DNA of 32,000 bases from positions 1 to 32,000 of the forward strand of contig DATJRJ010000275.1 in assembly GCA_035504735.1 (NCBI GenBank), given 5' to 3'. The notes under the pieces were generated by a model. That model was not told the origin of the DNA and ran no database searches. It was given only the letters and a program-made list of their open reading frames with translations. Shown piece after piece: positions 8,593-17,803 of this stretch. The DNA comes from Candidatus Binataceae bacterium. Lineage in GTDB: Bacteria; Desulfobacterota; Binatia; Binatales; Binataceae. The translations under genes and the position numbers were made by a program. Within the stretch, counting starts at the first letter, position 1; each line of letters starts with the position of its first letter.

Positions 8593-10161
8593 ATGGAGCA
8601 TTCGAACCCCGCGGACCCCAACCCGGACTATGTCCGGATTTTCGACACCACGCTGCGCGATGGCGAGCAATCGCCGGGTGCGACGATGAACGTCGAGGAG
8701 AAGGTCGCCATCGCCCGCCAACTCGAACGTCTCAACGTCGACGTGATCGAGGCGGGCTTCGCGGCTTCGTCGCCGGGCGACTTCGAGTCGGTCCAACGCG
8801 TGGCCCAGGCAGTCAGCGCACCGATCGTGCTGAGCCTCGCACGCACCCACCAGGGCGATATCGACCAGGCTCTGAAGGCGGTCGAGAAGTCGGCGCGTCC
8901 CGGAATCCATATCTTCATCGCGACCTCGGAAATCCATCTCCGCCACAAGCTCAACATGACTCGCGAGGATGTGCTGGATGCGGCCACATGGGCAGTGGCG
9001 CGTGCGAAGCAGCATCTCGATTATGTCGAGTTCTCGGCCGAGGACGCCTCGCGCACTGAATGGGAATTCCTGGCCACCATCTGCTCGGAGGTGATCCGCG
9101 CGGGCGCACGGATTATCAATCTGCCCGATACCACGGGTCATGCGATTCCCGAAGAGTTCGGCCGGATGTTCGCCTATATGCGTGATCACGTGCAGAACTC
9201 CGACCGCGTCATCTGGAGCGCGCACTGCCACAACGATCTCGGCCTCGCCGTCGCCAATTCGCTGGCCGCAGTGCACAATGGCGCCCGCCAGGTCGAGTGC
9301 ACGATCAACGGCATCGGCGAACGCGCCGGCAACACCTCGCTCGAGGAAGTGGTGATGGCGATGCATACGCGCCGCGATCTGTTCGGTGTCGAGTCGCGCA
9401 TCAACACCCGCCAGATCTATCCGGCCTCGCGCCTGCTTTCGCAGATCATCGGCCAGCCGGTGCCGCCCAACAAGCCGATCGTCGGCGACAACGCTTTCGC
9501 TCACGAAGCCGGAATCCATCAGGACGGGGTGCTGAAGTACAAGCTGACTTACGAGATCATGAAGCCCGAGGATATCGGGATTCCGTCAAACAAACTGGTG
9601 ATGGGCAAGCATTCAGGGCGCCACGCCTTCGTCAATCGGCTGACGGAACTTGGGGTCGATACCGCGGCAATCGACGTCAATAAGGCGTTCGGTGATTTCA
9701 AAGCCCTCTGCGACAAGAAGAAAGTGGTGTACGACGACGACATTCTGGCCCTCGTTCAGGAAGAGACGCGTCATACCGCGGATTGGTACGAGCTAGCCGA
9801 CCTGCGTGTCACCGCTGCTTCCGGCAGCGCCCCGCAGGCCGAGGTTACGCTGCGGGTCGGAGGCGAATCACGCGCGGCGAGTTCGACCGGCGATGGCGTA
9901 GTCGACGCCTCGTACAAGGCAATCCTCAAGATTGCCGGAATCACTCCGGTGTTTGAACGCTACTCGGTGAAGTCGATTACCGGCGGCACCGACGCACTCG
10001 GCGAGGTGAGCTGCCTGGTACGGAGCGACGGCATGACCGTCGCCGGACAGGGTGCTCACAGCGACATTGTGATGGCTAGCGCGCTGGCGCTCGTCAATGC
10101 ACTCAATCGCCTCAAATTGCGCGAAACCCGAGCGCCTAGCGTCGCCGCGGCAGGAGCATAA
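8593..10161 (+). CDS. leuA: 2-isopropylmalate synthase
   Basis: 522 aa; IFDTTLRDGEQSPGATM, HCHNDLGLAVANSLAAVHNGARQVECTINGIGERAGN; C-terminal regulatory domain present; GGAGG-type RBS upstream (gaggagggagaagatctgATG region). Confidence 0.97.
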   Translation: MEHSNPADPNPDYVRIFDTTLRDGEQSPGATMNVEEKVAIARQLERLNVDVIEAGFAASSPGDFESVQRVAQAVSAPIVLSLARTHQGDIDQALKAVEKSARPGIHIFIATSEIHLRHKLNMTREDVLDAATWAVARAKQHLDYVEFSAEDASRTEWEFLATICSEVIRAGARIINLPDTTGHAIPEEFGRMFAYMRDHVQNSDRVIWSAHCHNDLGLAVANSLAAVHNGARQVECTINGIGERAGNTSLEEVVMAMHTRRDLFGVESRINTRQIYPASRLLSQIIGQPVPPNKPIVGDNAFAHEAGIHQDGVLKYKLTYEIMKPEDIGIPSNKLVMGKHSGRHAFVNRLTELGVDTAAIDVNKAFGDFKALCDKKKVVYDDDILALVQEETRHTADWYELADLRVTAASGSAPQAEVTLRVGGESRAASSTGDGVVDASYKAILKIAGITPVFERYSVKSITGGTDALGEVSCLVRSDGMTVAGQGAHSDIVMASALALVNALNRLKLRETRAPSVAAAGA

Positions 10162-10391
10162 GGCAGATACTCATCGGGGCTTGCCCTCAAATCACAGTTG
10201 GGCTAAACGCTAGGCTCTATTATGAGAGTGGTAAAGGACGCATTCTCTTGTTCCTCATCCGATCCGGTCAGGGCCTGTGCGGTTCGCTCATGCTTGCGTC
10301 CGTGCGGCCGAGACGCGATACGCTGACGCGTTGAGGATATCGATCCCAGGCAGACTGATAGACTCGGCAAAGCGATCTCTCCGGTTAGTAG

Positions 10392-11507
10392 ATGGCGTAT
10401 AAAATTCTGGTTCTCAAGGGTGACGGTATCGGCCCCGAGGTCGTCGGCGAAGCACTGCAGGTGCTGAAAGTCGTGGCGCGCCAGTCGGCCGTCGATCTCG
10501 AATTCGAGGAGGCGCTGGTCGGCGGTCATGCGATCGACACGCACGGCTCGCCGCTGCCCGACGAGGTGCTCAAGCAGGCACAGGAGAGCGACGCGGTGCT
10601 GCTCGGCGCGGTCGGCGGTCCGAAATGGGACAGCACTCGCGGCGACAAACGCCCTGAGCAGGCGCTCCTCGGGCTGCGCAAGGGGTTGGGATTGTTCGCC
10701 AACCTGCGGCCGGTTAGGACGCTGAAAGAGCTCATCCCGGCGTCCCCGCTGCGTCCCGAGATTATCAGCGGCGTCGACTTCATCGTACTCCGCGAACTGA
10801 CGGGTGGAATCTATTTCGGCAAGCCGAGCGAGAGGCGCGACACCAAGAGCGGTCGCGAGGCGGTCGATACCTGTTACTACACCGAAGAGGAAATGCGGCG
10901 CATCATCCGTTTCGGATTTGAGCTGGCTCGCGATCGGCGCAAGCGGCTGACCTCGGTCGATAAGGCCAACATCCTGGCGACTTCCCGGCTGTGGCGGGAG
11001 ATCGCGATAGAAGTCGCGGCAGATTACAAGGAAGTTGCGCTCGAGCATCAGTTGGTCGACTCAATGGCGATGCATCTGATACGCAGGCCGCGCGATTTCG
11101 ACGTAATCGTCACCGAGAACATGTTCGGCGATATTCTGACCGATGAGGCCTCGGTGCTCGCGGGTTCGATGGGGATGCTGCCGTCGGCTTCGCTCGGCGA
11201 GGAGCTCAACGGGGCGGGCTTCAGGATCGGGATGTACGAGCCGATTCATGGCACGGCGCCGGATATCGCGGGCCGTGATGAAGCCAATCCGCTCGCCGCC
11301 ATCCTCTCGGCCGCGATGCTGCTGGAGCATTCGCTGGGTATGCGCGCCGAGGCGGAGCTGATCGTAAACGCGGTCGAGGCAGTGCTGCACGATGGCCATC
11401 GCACCAAGGACATCCAAGCCGGCGCCACCGGCGCCAAGCTGGTTGGATGTAAGGCGATGGGCCGGTTGGTTCGCGAGCGAATCGAAAGTCAGGAATCGGA
11501 TACATGA
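10392..11507 (+). CDS. leuB: 3-isopropylmalate dehydrogenase
   Basis: 371 aa; LKGDGIGPEVV, LGAVGGPKWD, TENMFGDILTDEASVLAGSMGMLPSASLG. Confidence 0.97.
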   Translation: MAYKILVLKGDGIGPEVVGEALQVLKVVARQSAVDLEFEEALVGGHAIDTHGSPLPDEVLKQAQESDAVLLGAVGGPKWDSTRGDKRPEQALLGLRKGLGLFANLRPVRTLKELIPASPLRPEIISGVDFIVLRELTGGIYFGKPSERRDTKSGREAVDTCYYTEEEMRRIIRFGFELARDRRKRLTSVDKANILATSRLWREIAIEVAADYKEVALEHQLVDSMAMHLIRRPRDFDVIVTENMFGDILTDEASVLAGSMGMLPSASLGEELNGAGFRIGMYEPIHGTAPDIAGRDEANPLAAILSAAMLLEHSLGMRAEAELIVNAVEAVLHDGHRTKDIQAGATGAKLVGCKAMGRLVRERIESQESDT

Positions 11508-12487
11508 TGGAGGGGGCGTCCAGCCACGGTCTCAAGGTAGCCGTGGTCGGCGCCACCGGCGTAATCGGCGGTCAGCTCGTCGAGTTGCTCGCGGAGCGCA
11601 GCTTTCCATTTTCCGAGTTGAAACTGTTCGCCTCCGAACGCGGGGCCGTCGAGATGATCGGGGTCGGCGACGATGATCGGCCGGTTGCCGAGTTCAACGG
11701 ACCCGCCGATCTGGCCGGCTTCGACCTGGCCTTTCTCGCAGTCTCCCCAGGTCTGGCCTCCGATATCGTTCGCGCGCGTCCCGGTCCGCTCCTGATCGAT
11801 TTGAGCGCTGCGGGACGGATCGCTTCTTCGTCTGTCCTGATGGTCGCGCCGGGTCTTACCTCTCGCGAGCGCCTGCACAGGCTAAAAACCGGAGAGGTTG
11901 TCGCGATTCCCCATCCATCAGTCCAGGCGCTCGCGACTATCGTGAAAGCGCTCGATGCAACCCCGGGTTTCATCGCGGCCACATTGATGATGGGCGCCAG
12001 CACCGGCGGCAAGGACGAGATCGACAAGCTGATGGAGGAGTCGGCCGATCTGCTCAATGCGCGTCTGGATATTGAGGACGACGAGCAGCAGCGTGCCTTC
12101 AATATCTATCCGGTCGACGACGAGGCCGAGGTCGTCAATGCGCTGGCCTCCCAGGTCGCGGCATTGCTGGGCGAGACGCCGCCGCTGGTGATGCGCGTCG
12201 TGCAGGTACCGATCTTTTACGGGATCGCATTGTCGATCGCGATTCCAACGGTGCCGGGAATCGAGACCTGCTCCGAACGCCTGCGGGCCGCGCCCGGCCT
12301 GATACTGATCGAGGATGAGATGCCGCCGAGCGCGATCGACTCAGCCGGCCAGGAGGGGATCGCTGTCAGCCTCCATCGTAATTCAAACGGGGCCGCATTG
12401 TGGTGCGTGATAGACAACGCGCGTCTCTCTGCTCTGTGCGCGGTGTGGGTCGCGGAGAATCTCTCGCTCGCTTCCGATTCCGTCTAG
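11504..12487 (+). CDS. Aspartate-semialdehyde-dehydrogenase-family protein lacking catalytic residues (USG-1-like)
   Basis: VAVVGATGVIGGQLVELLAERSFP Rossmann start; FNIYPVDDEAEVV and VVQVPIFYGIALSIAI regions align with Asd/USG-1, but the catalytic NPNC reads HPSV. Confidence 0.85.
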   Translation: MMEGASSHGLKVAVVGATGVIGGQLVELLAERSFPFSELKLFASERGAVEMIGVGDDDRPVAEFNGPADLAGFDLAFLAVSPGLASDIVRARPGPLLIDLSAAGRIASSSVLMVAPGLTSRERLHRLKTGEVVAIPHPSVQALATIVKALDATPGFIAATLMMGASTGGKDEIDKLMEESADLLNARLDIEDDEQQRAFNIYPVDDEAEVVNALASQVAALLGETPPLVMRVVQVPIFYGIALSIAIPTVPGIETCSERLRAAPGLILIEDEMPPSAIDSAGQEGIAVSLHRNSNGAALWCVIDNARLSALCAVWVAENLSLASDSV

Positions 12488-12495
12488 CGGCGGCG

Positions 12496-13245
12496 ATGCA
12501 GGTAAAGCTCACGCTCGAGTACGACGGCACTAACTATGCCGGTTGGCAATTGCAGCGCGAGCAGGACACCATCCAGGGACGGCTCGAGTCGGCCTTGGAA
12601 CGGATTTTTTCCGCGCCGGTGCGAGTCCGCGGCGCGGGCCGCACCGACGCCGGAGTCCATGCGCTCGGCCAGGTTGCCGCGGCGAGAATCCCACGCCCGT
12701 TCGATGCCGCCGAGCTCAAGCGCGCGCTCAATGCGCTCTTACCGCCGGATATCGCGGTCCTGGATAGCGCCATCGTCGACGATGACTTCGATCCCCGGCG
12801 CAGCGCGATTTGCCGTGTTTATGAATATCGGATTCTGAATCGGCCCTCCCGATCGGCCTTCGAATATCGTTACGCGTGGCTGGTCGGCGAAGTGCTGGAC
12901 CTCGAGGCGATGAATACTGCGGCCTCGATTTTCGTGGGCGAACATGATTTCGCCGGTTTCAGGAGCGTCGGCTCCGAAGAGCGGAGTACGCGGCGCCGCG
13001 TCTATGCGAGCCAATGGACGCGCCTCAACAATCGTTTCACGTATCGTGTGGAGGCGGAGAGTTTCCTGCGTCACATGGTGAGGACGATGGTCAGCGCGAT
13101 GGCTGAGGCCGGCCGCGGCCGGGCGCATCCCGGCTCGATCAGCGAGTTGCTCTTGCGCGGTGATCGCGCTCTGGCGCCCGCGCCGGCGCCCGCCGCCGGC
13201 CTGTTCCTGACCGAGGTGCATTACCCAAACCGCCCGGGTGAGTGA
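12496..13245 (+). CDS. truA: tRNA pseudouridine(38-40) synthase
   Basis: MQVKLTLEYDGTNYAGWQLQ start at 12496; catalytic GAGRTDAGVHALGQVA; ESFLRHMVRTMV. The ORF track extends upstream to 12400. Confidence 0.95.
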   Translation: MQVKLTLEYDGTNYAGWQLQREQDTIQGRLESALERIFSAPVRVRGAGRTDAGVHALGQVAAARIPRPFDAAELKRALNALLPPDIAVLDSAIVDDDFDPRRSAICRVYEYRILNRPSRSAFEYRYAWLVGEVLDLEAMNTAASIFVGEHDFAGFRSVGSEERSTRRRVYASQWTRLNNRFTYRVEAESFLRHMVRTMVSAMAEAGRGRAHPGSISELLLRGDRALAPAPAPAAGLFLTEVHYPNRPGE

Positions 13246-13374
13246 TGCTGGTTGGCCCGCCCTGTGGACTTTTTTGTATCGCGAGCGTCGAAAACCCTTG
13301 TGCCACGCTTGAAAAAGGCTGTGCACTCGTTCAAGCTCTCTGCCAGTGCGAGAATCTAAGCGGCAAGGAGGAGG

Positions 13375-13659
13375 ATGATGACGCAGACGCAGGTGGCAGC
13401 CCATATCGCTGAAAAAGTGGAAGTCACCCGGAAGCAGGCCAAATCGATGCTCGAGGAGCTGTCGAGCCTGGTCGTCCGGGAGCTGAAGCGCGAAGGCGCG
13501 TTGCGCCTCGCAGGGCTAGGAGTTTTCCGTAAGCGCAAGAGCAAGGCTCGCGTCGGACGTAATCCGGCCACGGGGGAACCGATCAAAATCCCGGCGCGTA
13601 CACGCTTGCGCTTTACCGCCTCAAAGGCCTTGAAAGACGCAGTGCTCGGCGCCCGCTAA
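13375..13659 (+). CDS. HU/IHF-family DNA-binding protein
   Basis: 94 aa; LAGLGVFRKRKSKARVGRNPATGEPIKIPARTRLRFTASKALKDAV; GGAGGAGG RBS just upstream. Confidence 0.9.
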   Translation: MMTQTQVAAHIAEKVEVTRKQAKSMLEELSSLVVRELKREGALRLAGLGVFRKRKSKARVGRNPATGEPIKIPARTRLRFTASKALKDAVLGAR

Positions 13660-13733
13660 TCTCGTCGCGATGGCGGCCGGGACACGCCATTGCGGGGTCA
13701 CTCCAGAAATCCCAAAGCTTTACGCGTCCGGAT

Positions 13734-13782
13734 GCGGCGTCGTGGATCAACTTCACGACGCCGCGCGGATGTTTTAACTTTT
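13734..13782 (+). terminator. Intrinsic terminator downstream of the HU-like gene
   Basis: Perfect 11-bp stem GCGGCGTCGTG (13734-13744) / CACGACGCCGC (13754-13764), then T-rich gttttaactttt; lies between convergent HU and rarA genes. Confidence 0.7.
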
Positions 13783-15144
13783 CTTACCGGAATCGCGATT
13801 GCGGGCCGCTCTGGCCTGTTTCACGCGGGTCAGATAATCGCGAATTCGCGCCTCGTAGCCGCGCTCTGAAGGTTCGTAGTAGACCTTGCCGCGCAGGCTC
13901 TCGGGCAGGTAGTCCTGCTCGACCATCGCATCATCGTAGTTGTGCGGATAGCGATAGCCCTCGCCATAACCGAGGCCGCGCATCAGCGGCGTCGGCGCAT
14001 TGCGGATATGCATCGGAACCGGCAGCGCGCCGAGCTTGCGCGCATCCTCGCCCGCCGCAAGCATCGCGCGATATGAGGCGTTCGACTTCGGCGCTCCGGC
14101 CAGGTAGGTCACGCCCTGCGCGAGCGGGATGGCGCCCTCCAGCATCCCGACGAAATCCAGCGCGTCCTTCACGGCGATCGCGACTTGTAGCGCGCGCGGA
14201 TCGGCGTTGCCGATATCCTCGGCCGCAAAGATTACCATCCGGCGCGCGATAAACAGCGGCTCCTCGCCCGCCTCCACCATTCGCATCATCCAGTACAGTG
14301 CGGCGTCGGCATCGCTGCCGCGCAGGCTCTTGATGAACGCGGAGATGACGTTGTAATGCTCCTCGCCGCCGCGATCGTAAAGCAGAGTGCGCTGTTGACT
14401 CGCCTCGCGCACGTGCTCAGCGGTGACAACGGCGCTGCGGGCCTGGCGCGCGAGCTCAGCGGCGATCTCAAGTGTATTGAGCGCCCGCCGCGCATCGCCC
14501 GACGCGGCCGCCAGCAGCTCGCCCATCGCAGCATCGTCGATACGCAGTTCGAACCCGCCGAGCCCGCGCTCACGGTCGGCGAGCGCACGGGCAACCAGGG
14601 CCGCAAGCTCTTCGGGCGCGAGCGGTTTCAGGACCAGCACCTGCATCCGCGAAAGCAACGGCGCGATCACCTCGAACGACGGATTTTCGGTGGTCGCGCC
14701 GATCAGCGTGAAGAGCCCATTCTCGACATGCGGCAGGCAGGCATCCTGCTGGGCACGGTTCCAGCGGTGGATTTCGTCGATAAAGAGCACCGTCCGCCGG
14801 CCCATCGCGGCCTCGCGGCGCGCGAGCTCGGCGATCTCACGCAACTCGGCGACTCCCGAAGAAACCGCGGCGAGCGATCGAAAAACGGCGCCGGACTGGC
14901 GGGCGAGCAGAATTGCGAGCGTCGTCTTGCCGGTGCCGGGCGGTCCCCACAGGATCATCGAATGGAGCGCGCGCGCGGCGACCATCTGGCTCAATAGCTT
15001 GCCGGCGCCGAGCAGATGCTGCTGGCCGACGACTTCGTCAAGCGATTGCGGACGCATCCGATCGGCCAGCGGATGCGCGGCCGACACCTGGGCTCTGAAA
15101 AGACTCTCCTCCTGAGCCGCTTCCTTGCGCCGCGCCATACCCAA
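13774..15144 (-). CDS. rarA: Replication-associated recombination protein A (RarA/MgsA AAA+ ATPase)
   Basis: LADRMRPQSLDEVVGQQHLLG, GPPGTGKTTLA, FIDEIHRWNRAQQDACLPHVENGLFTLIGATTENPSFEV, C-terminal YRYPHNYDDAMVEQDYLPESL. Confidence 0.95.
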   Translation of the reverse strand: MGMARRKEAAQEESLFRAQVSAAHPLADRMRPQSLDEVVGQQHLLGAGKLLSQMVAARALHSMILWGPPGTGKTTLAILLARQSGAVFRSLAAVSSGVAELREIAELARREAAMGRRTVLFIDEIHRWNRAQQDACLPHVENGLFTLIGATTENPSFEVIAPLLSRMQVLVLKPLAPEELAALVARALADRERGLGGFELRIDDAAMGELLAAASGDARRALNTLEIAAELARQARSAVVTAEHVREASQQRTLLYDRGGEEHYNVISAFIKSLRGSDADAALYWMMRMVEAGEEPLFIARRMVIFAAEDIGNADPRALQVAIAVKDALDFVGMLEGAIPLAQGVTYLAGAPKSNASYRAMLAAGEDARKLGALPVPMHIRNAPTPLMRGLGYGEGYRYPHNYDDAMVEQDYLPESLRGKVYYEPSERGYEARIRDYLTRVKQARAARNRDSGKKS

Positions 15145-15251
15145 TTGTTATCACAGCCCGGCTCGTGTCGCAGGAATGCACGAGCGGCGAGGCCGCCGGT
15201 TGCGCTTCAGAGCCGCGCTTAATAGTTTGAAATGTCCCGCTTCGTACCTGA

Positions 15252-16517
15252 ATGCCGATGCCGTCGCAACTGCTCAACGGATTCCGAATGCTCGATCTGA
15301 CCGACGACCAGGGGGCGCTGTGCGGCAAGATTTTCGCAGACCTCGGCGCCGAGGTGATCAAGCTTGAACCAATCGCCGGTTGCCCGACGCGCCGCATTCC
15401 ACCGTTCCTAGATGATCGGCCCGGCGTCGATCGAAGTCTCTATTTCCTTTCGCACCAGGCGGGCAAGCTGTCGGTCACTGTAAATCTCGATTCGCCAGAC
15501 GGTCGCGCCGTGGTGCGCGATCTCGCGGCCAAAGCGGATTTCCTGGTCGAGTCGTTTCCGGTCGGCTACCTGGAATCGATCGGGCTCGGTTATGCGGCGC
15601 TGGCCGAATCGAATCAGCGGCTGATCTATACCGCGATCACTCCATTCGGCGAGGCCGGCCCCGCCCGCAACTACAAGGCCTCCGATGCCGTTACGTGGGC
15701 GGCCGGCGGCATGATGTTCCTGATGGGTCAGGCGGGAAAGCCGCCACTGCAGATGAGCCTGCCCCAAGCCGGACTGCATGCCGGCGCCGAAGCCGCGGTG
15801 GCTTCACTGCTGGCGCATTTTCCCCGCCAGGTCGACGGCCGCGGCCAGCGGGTCGTGGTCAACATGCAGGCCTGCATCGTCTGGACATTGATGAACGAGC
15901 AGGCGATGCCGATCATGCACGGCGACTACCTGCGCCGCCAGGGTGTCTACCTGGGCTCACCGAAACTCAGGCGCAAGATCGTTTTCAAATGCCAGGACGG
16001 CCACGTGGCGATGATGATCACGGGCGGCGCGGTCGGCGCCGGTTCGACCTCCCGCCTGGTCAAGTGGATGGACGAGAAGGGCTTCGCTGCCGACTGGATG
16101 AAGCAGCAGGACTGGAGGGCGTGGACCCCCGCGATCTTCATGGCGCTCGGAGAACGGGACCTACGGGAGAACGCCGAGATGGAGCAGCAGGTCGAGCGTT
16201 TTTTCGCCACCATGACGAAGCATGAGATTTACGCAGAGGGCGCGCGGCGCGGCGTGCTGCTGGGCCCGGTGAATTCGGCGGCGGACACCGCGGCCGACGA
16301 ACAACTCGCCGCGCGCGATTTCTTCGCCGAAGTCGATCATCCGGTGCTGGGCCGCGCGCTGCGCCGGCCGGGACCATTTGCTAAATTCAGCCGCACGCCG
16401 CTCGATGTCTCGCATCCGGCGCCGACCCTCGGCGAACATAACGAGCCGGTTTATCATAAACTTCTGGGTTACTCCGCCGAGCGGGTCGCCGAGTTGCGCG
16501 CCGCCGGCGCGATTTGA
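15252..16517 (+). CDS. CaiB/BaiF (class III) CoA-transferase family protein, probably non-catalytic subunit
   Basis: LNGFRMLDLTDDQGALCGKIFADLGAEVIKLEP, TPFGEAGPARNYKASD, DGRGQRVVVNMQ; catalytic Asp position is Gly. Confidence 0.88.
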   Translation: MPMPSQLLNGFRMLDLTDDQGALCGKIFADLGAEVIKLEPIAGCPTRRIPPFLDDRPGVDRSLYFLSHQAGKLSVTVNLDSPDGRAVVRDLAAKADFLVESFPVGYLESIGLGYAALAESNQRLIYTAITPFGEAGPARNYKASDAVTWAAGGMMFLMGQAGKPPLQMSLPQAGLHAGAEAAVASLLAHFPRQVDGRGQRVVVNMQACIVWTLMNEQAMPIMHGDYLRRQGVYLGSPKLRRKIVFKCQDGHVAMMITGGAVGAGSTSRLVKWMDEKGFAADWMKQQDWRAWTPAIFMALGERDLRENAEMEQQVERFFATMTKHEIYAEGARRGVLLGPVNSAADTAADEQLAARDFFAEVDHPVLGRALRRPGPFAKFSRTPLDVSHPAPTLGEHNEPVYHKLLGYSAERVAELRAAGAI

Positions 16518-16539
16518 ACGAAAAGACGCGAGAACGACG

Positions 16540-17757
16540 ATGAGACGCTACGCGCTCGAGGGACTTCATGTCCTGGATTTTACCTGGGTCGGGGTCGGGC
16601 CGATTACCACCAAGTATCTCGCCGACAATGGCGCCGACGTAATCCGGATCGAGTCCGCGGCGCACATCGATGTGTTGCGCGTCTCACCGCCTTGGGCGGA
16701 CGGCCAGCCTTCCAGCATCAATTCGAGCCAGTTCTTCGCAAGCTACAACACCTCGAAGAAATCGCTCACGCTGGATCTGAGCAAGCCGCGCGCCCGAGAG
16801 ATCGCGCTCCGCCTGCTACCCTGGGCCGAGGTGGTGACCGAGAGCTTCACGCCCAAGGTGATGCGCAACTGGCAGCTCGATTACCCGCATCTGAGCGCGC
16901 TGAAGCCCGACCTCGTGATGCTCTCGACCTGCCTGCAGGGACAGACCGGACCGCGCTCGGGTTTTGCGGGCTTCGGGCAGTTGCTTTCGGCGTTGTCGGG
17001 GTTCTACTACATCTCAGGCTACTCGGAGGACGAAATCTGTCCACCCTACGGCGCATATACCGATTACGTGGCGCCGCGGTTTGCAGCCTGTGCGGTGCTC
17101 GCGGCGCTCGATTACAAGCGCCGCACCGGAGTTGGCCAGCATATCGACCTTGCGCAGTACGAAGCGGGCCTGCAAAATCTCGCGCCCACGCTGCTCGATT
17201 ATTTCGCGAACGGACGGGTGCTCGGAGCCCAGGGTAATCGATCTGATCGTTATGCTCCCAACGGCTCCTACCGATGCGGCGACGAAGACGGCAACGAGCG
17301 CTGGATCGCGATTGCGGTCGCCGATGATCGCGGATGGGCGGCGACGCTGGACGCGCTCGGCGCACCAGCCGAGGATCGGTTTGCGACGATGGCGCAGCGG
17401 TTCGAGCAGCGCGAGGAGCTCGATCGTTTCATCGATCGATTGGTCCATGATCGCTCGGCCGACGAGCTTACCGCGACACTCCAGGCCGCAGGCGTCGCAG
17501 CCTACCCGGTGCAGACCTGCCTCGATCTGCATCGCGATGAAAATCTGCGCGCCTTCGATTTCTGGCACTGGCTCGATCACAAGGAGATGGGCCCGTCGCC
17601 GTACGAAGGCCTGCAACATCGAATGAGCGCCACGCCGGGCGAACTGCGAGGCGCGGCGCCGACACTGGGACAGCACAACGAGGAGATACTCGGCGAGATG
17701 CTCGGATTCAGCAGCGGCGAAATAGCGGCGCTCAAGCGCGAGCAGATCGTTTACTAA
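16540..17757 (+). CDS. CaiB/BaiF (class III) CoA-transferase family protein with catalytic Asp retained
   Basis: LEGLHVLDFTWVGVGPITTKYLADNGADVIRIES, YGAYTDYVAP, TGVGQHIDLAQYEAG; ATG at 16540. Confidence 0.9.
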   Translation: MRRYALEGLHVLDFTWVGVGPITTKYLADNGADVIRIESAAHIDVLRVSPPWADGQPSSINSSQFFASYNTSKKSLTLDLSKPRAREIALRLLPWAEVVTESFTPKVMRNWQLDYPHLSALKPDLVMLSTCLQGQTGPRSGFAGFGQLLSALSGFYYISGYSEDEICPPYGAYTDYVAPRFAACAVLAALDYKRRTGVGQHIDLAQYEAGLQNLAPTLLDYFANGRVLGAQGNRSDRYAPNGSYRCGDEDGNERWIAIAVADDRGWAATLDALGAPAEDRFATMAQRFEQREELDRFIDRLVHDRSADELTATLQAAGVAAYPVQTCLDLHRDENLRAFDFWHWLDHKEMGPSPYEGLQHRMSATPGELRGAAPTLGQHNEEILGEMLGFSSGEIAALKREQIVY

Positions 17758-17803
17758 CGCTTCAACGCGACCCGCAATCTGATTACCAGCCGACGGATCA
17801 TCG

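Noticed and set aside
8335-9519. 394-aa minus-strand ORF antisense to leuA
   Set aside because: Shadow ORF in high-GC coding sequence; opposite strand has a full, motif-verified leuA and the antisense protein is Arg/Asp/His-rich with no recognisable motif.
10203-11048. 281-aa minus-strand ORF starting in the leuB 5' half and running through the upstream gap
   Set aside because: Mostly antisense to leuB; no family signature. The 10162-10391 gap itself showed no convincing hairpin or leader peptide.
12739-13404. 221-aa minus-strand ORF across truA and the intergenic region
   Set aside because: Covers verified truA; composition typical of antisense translation.
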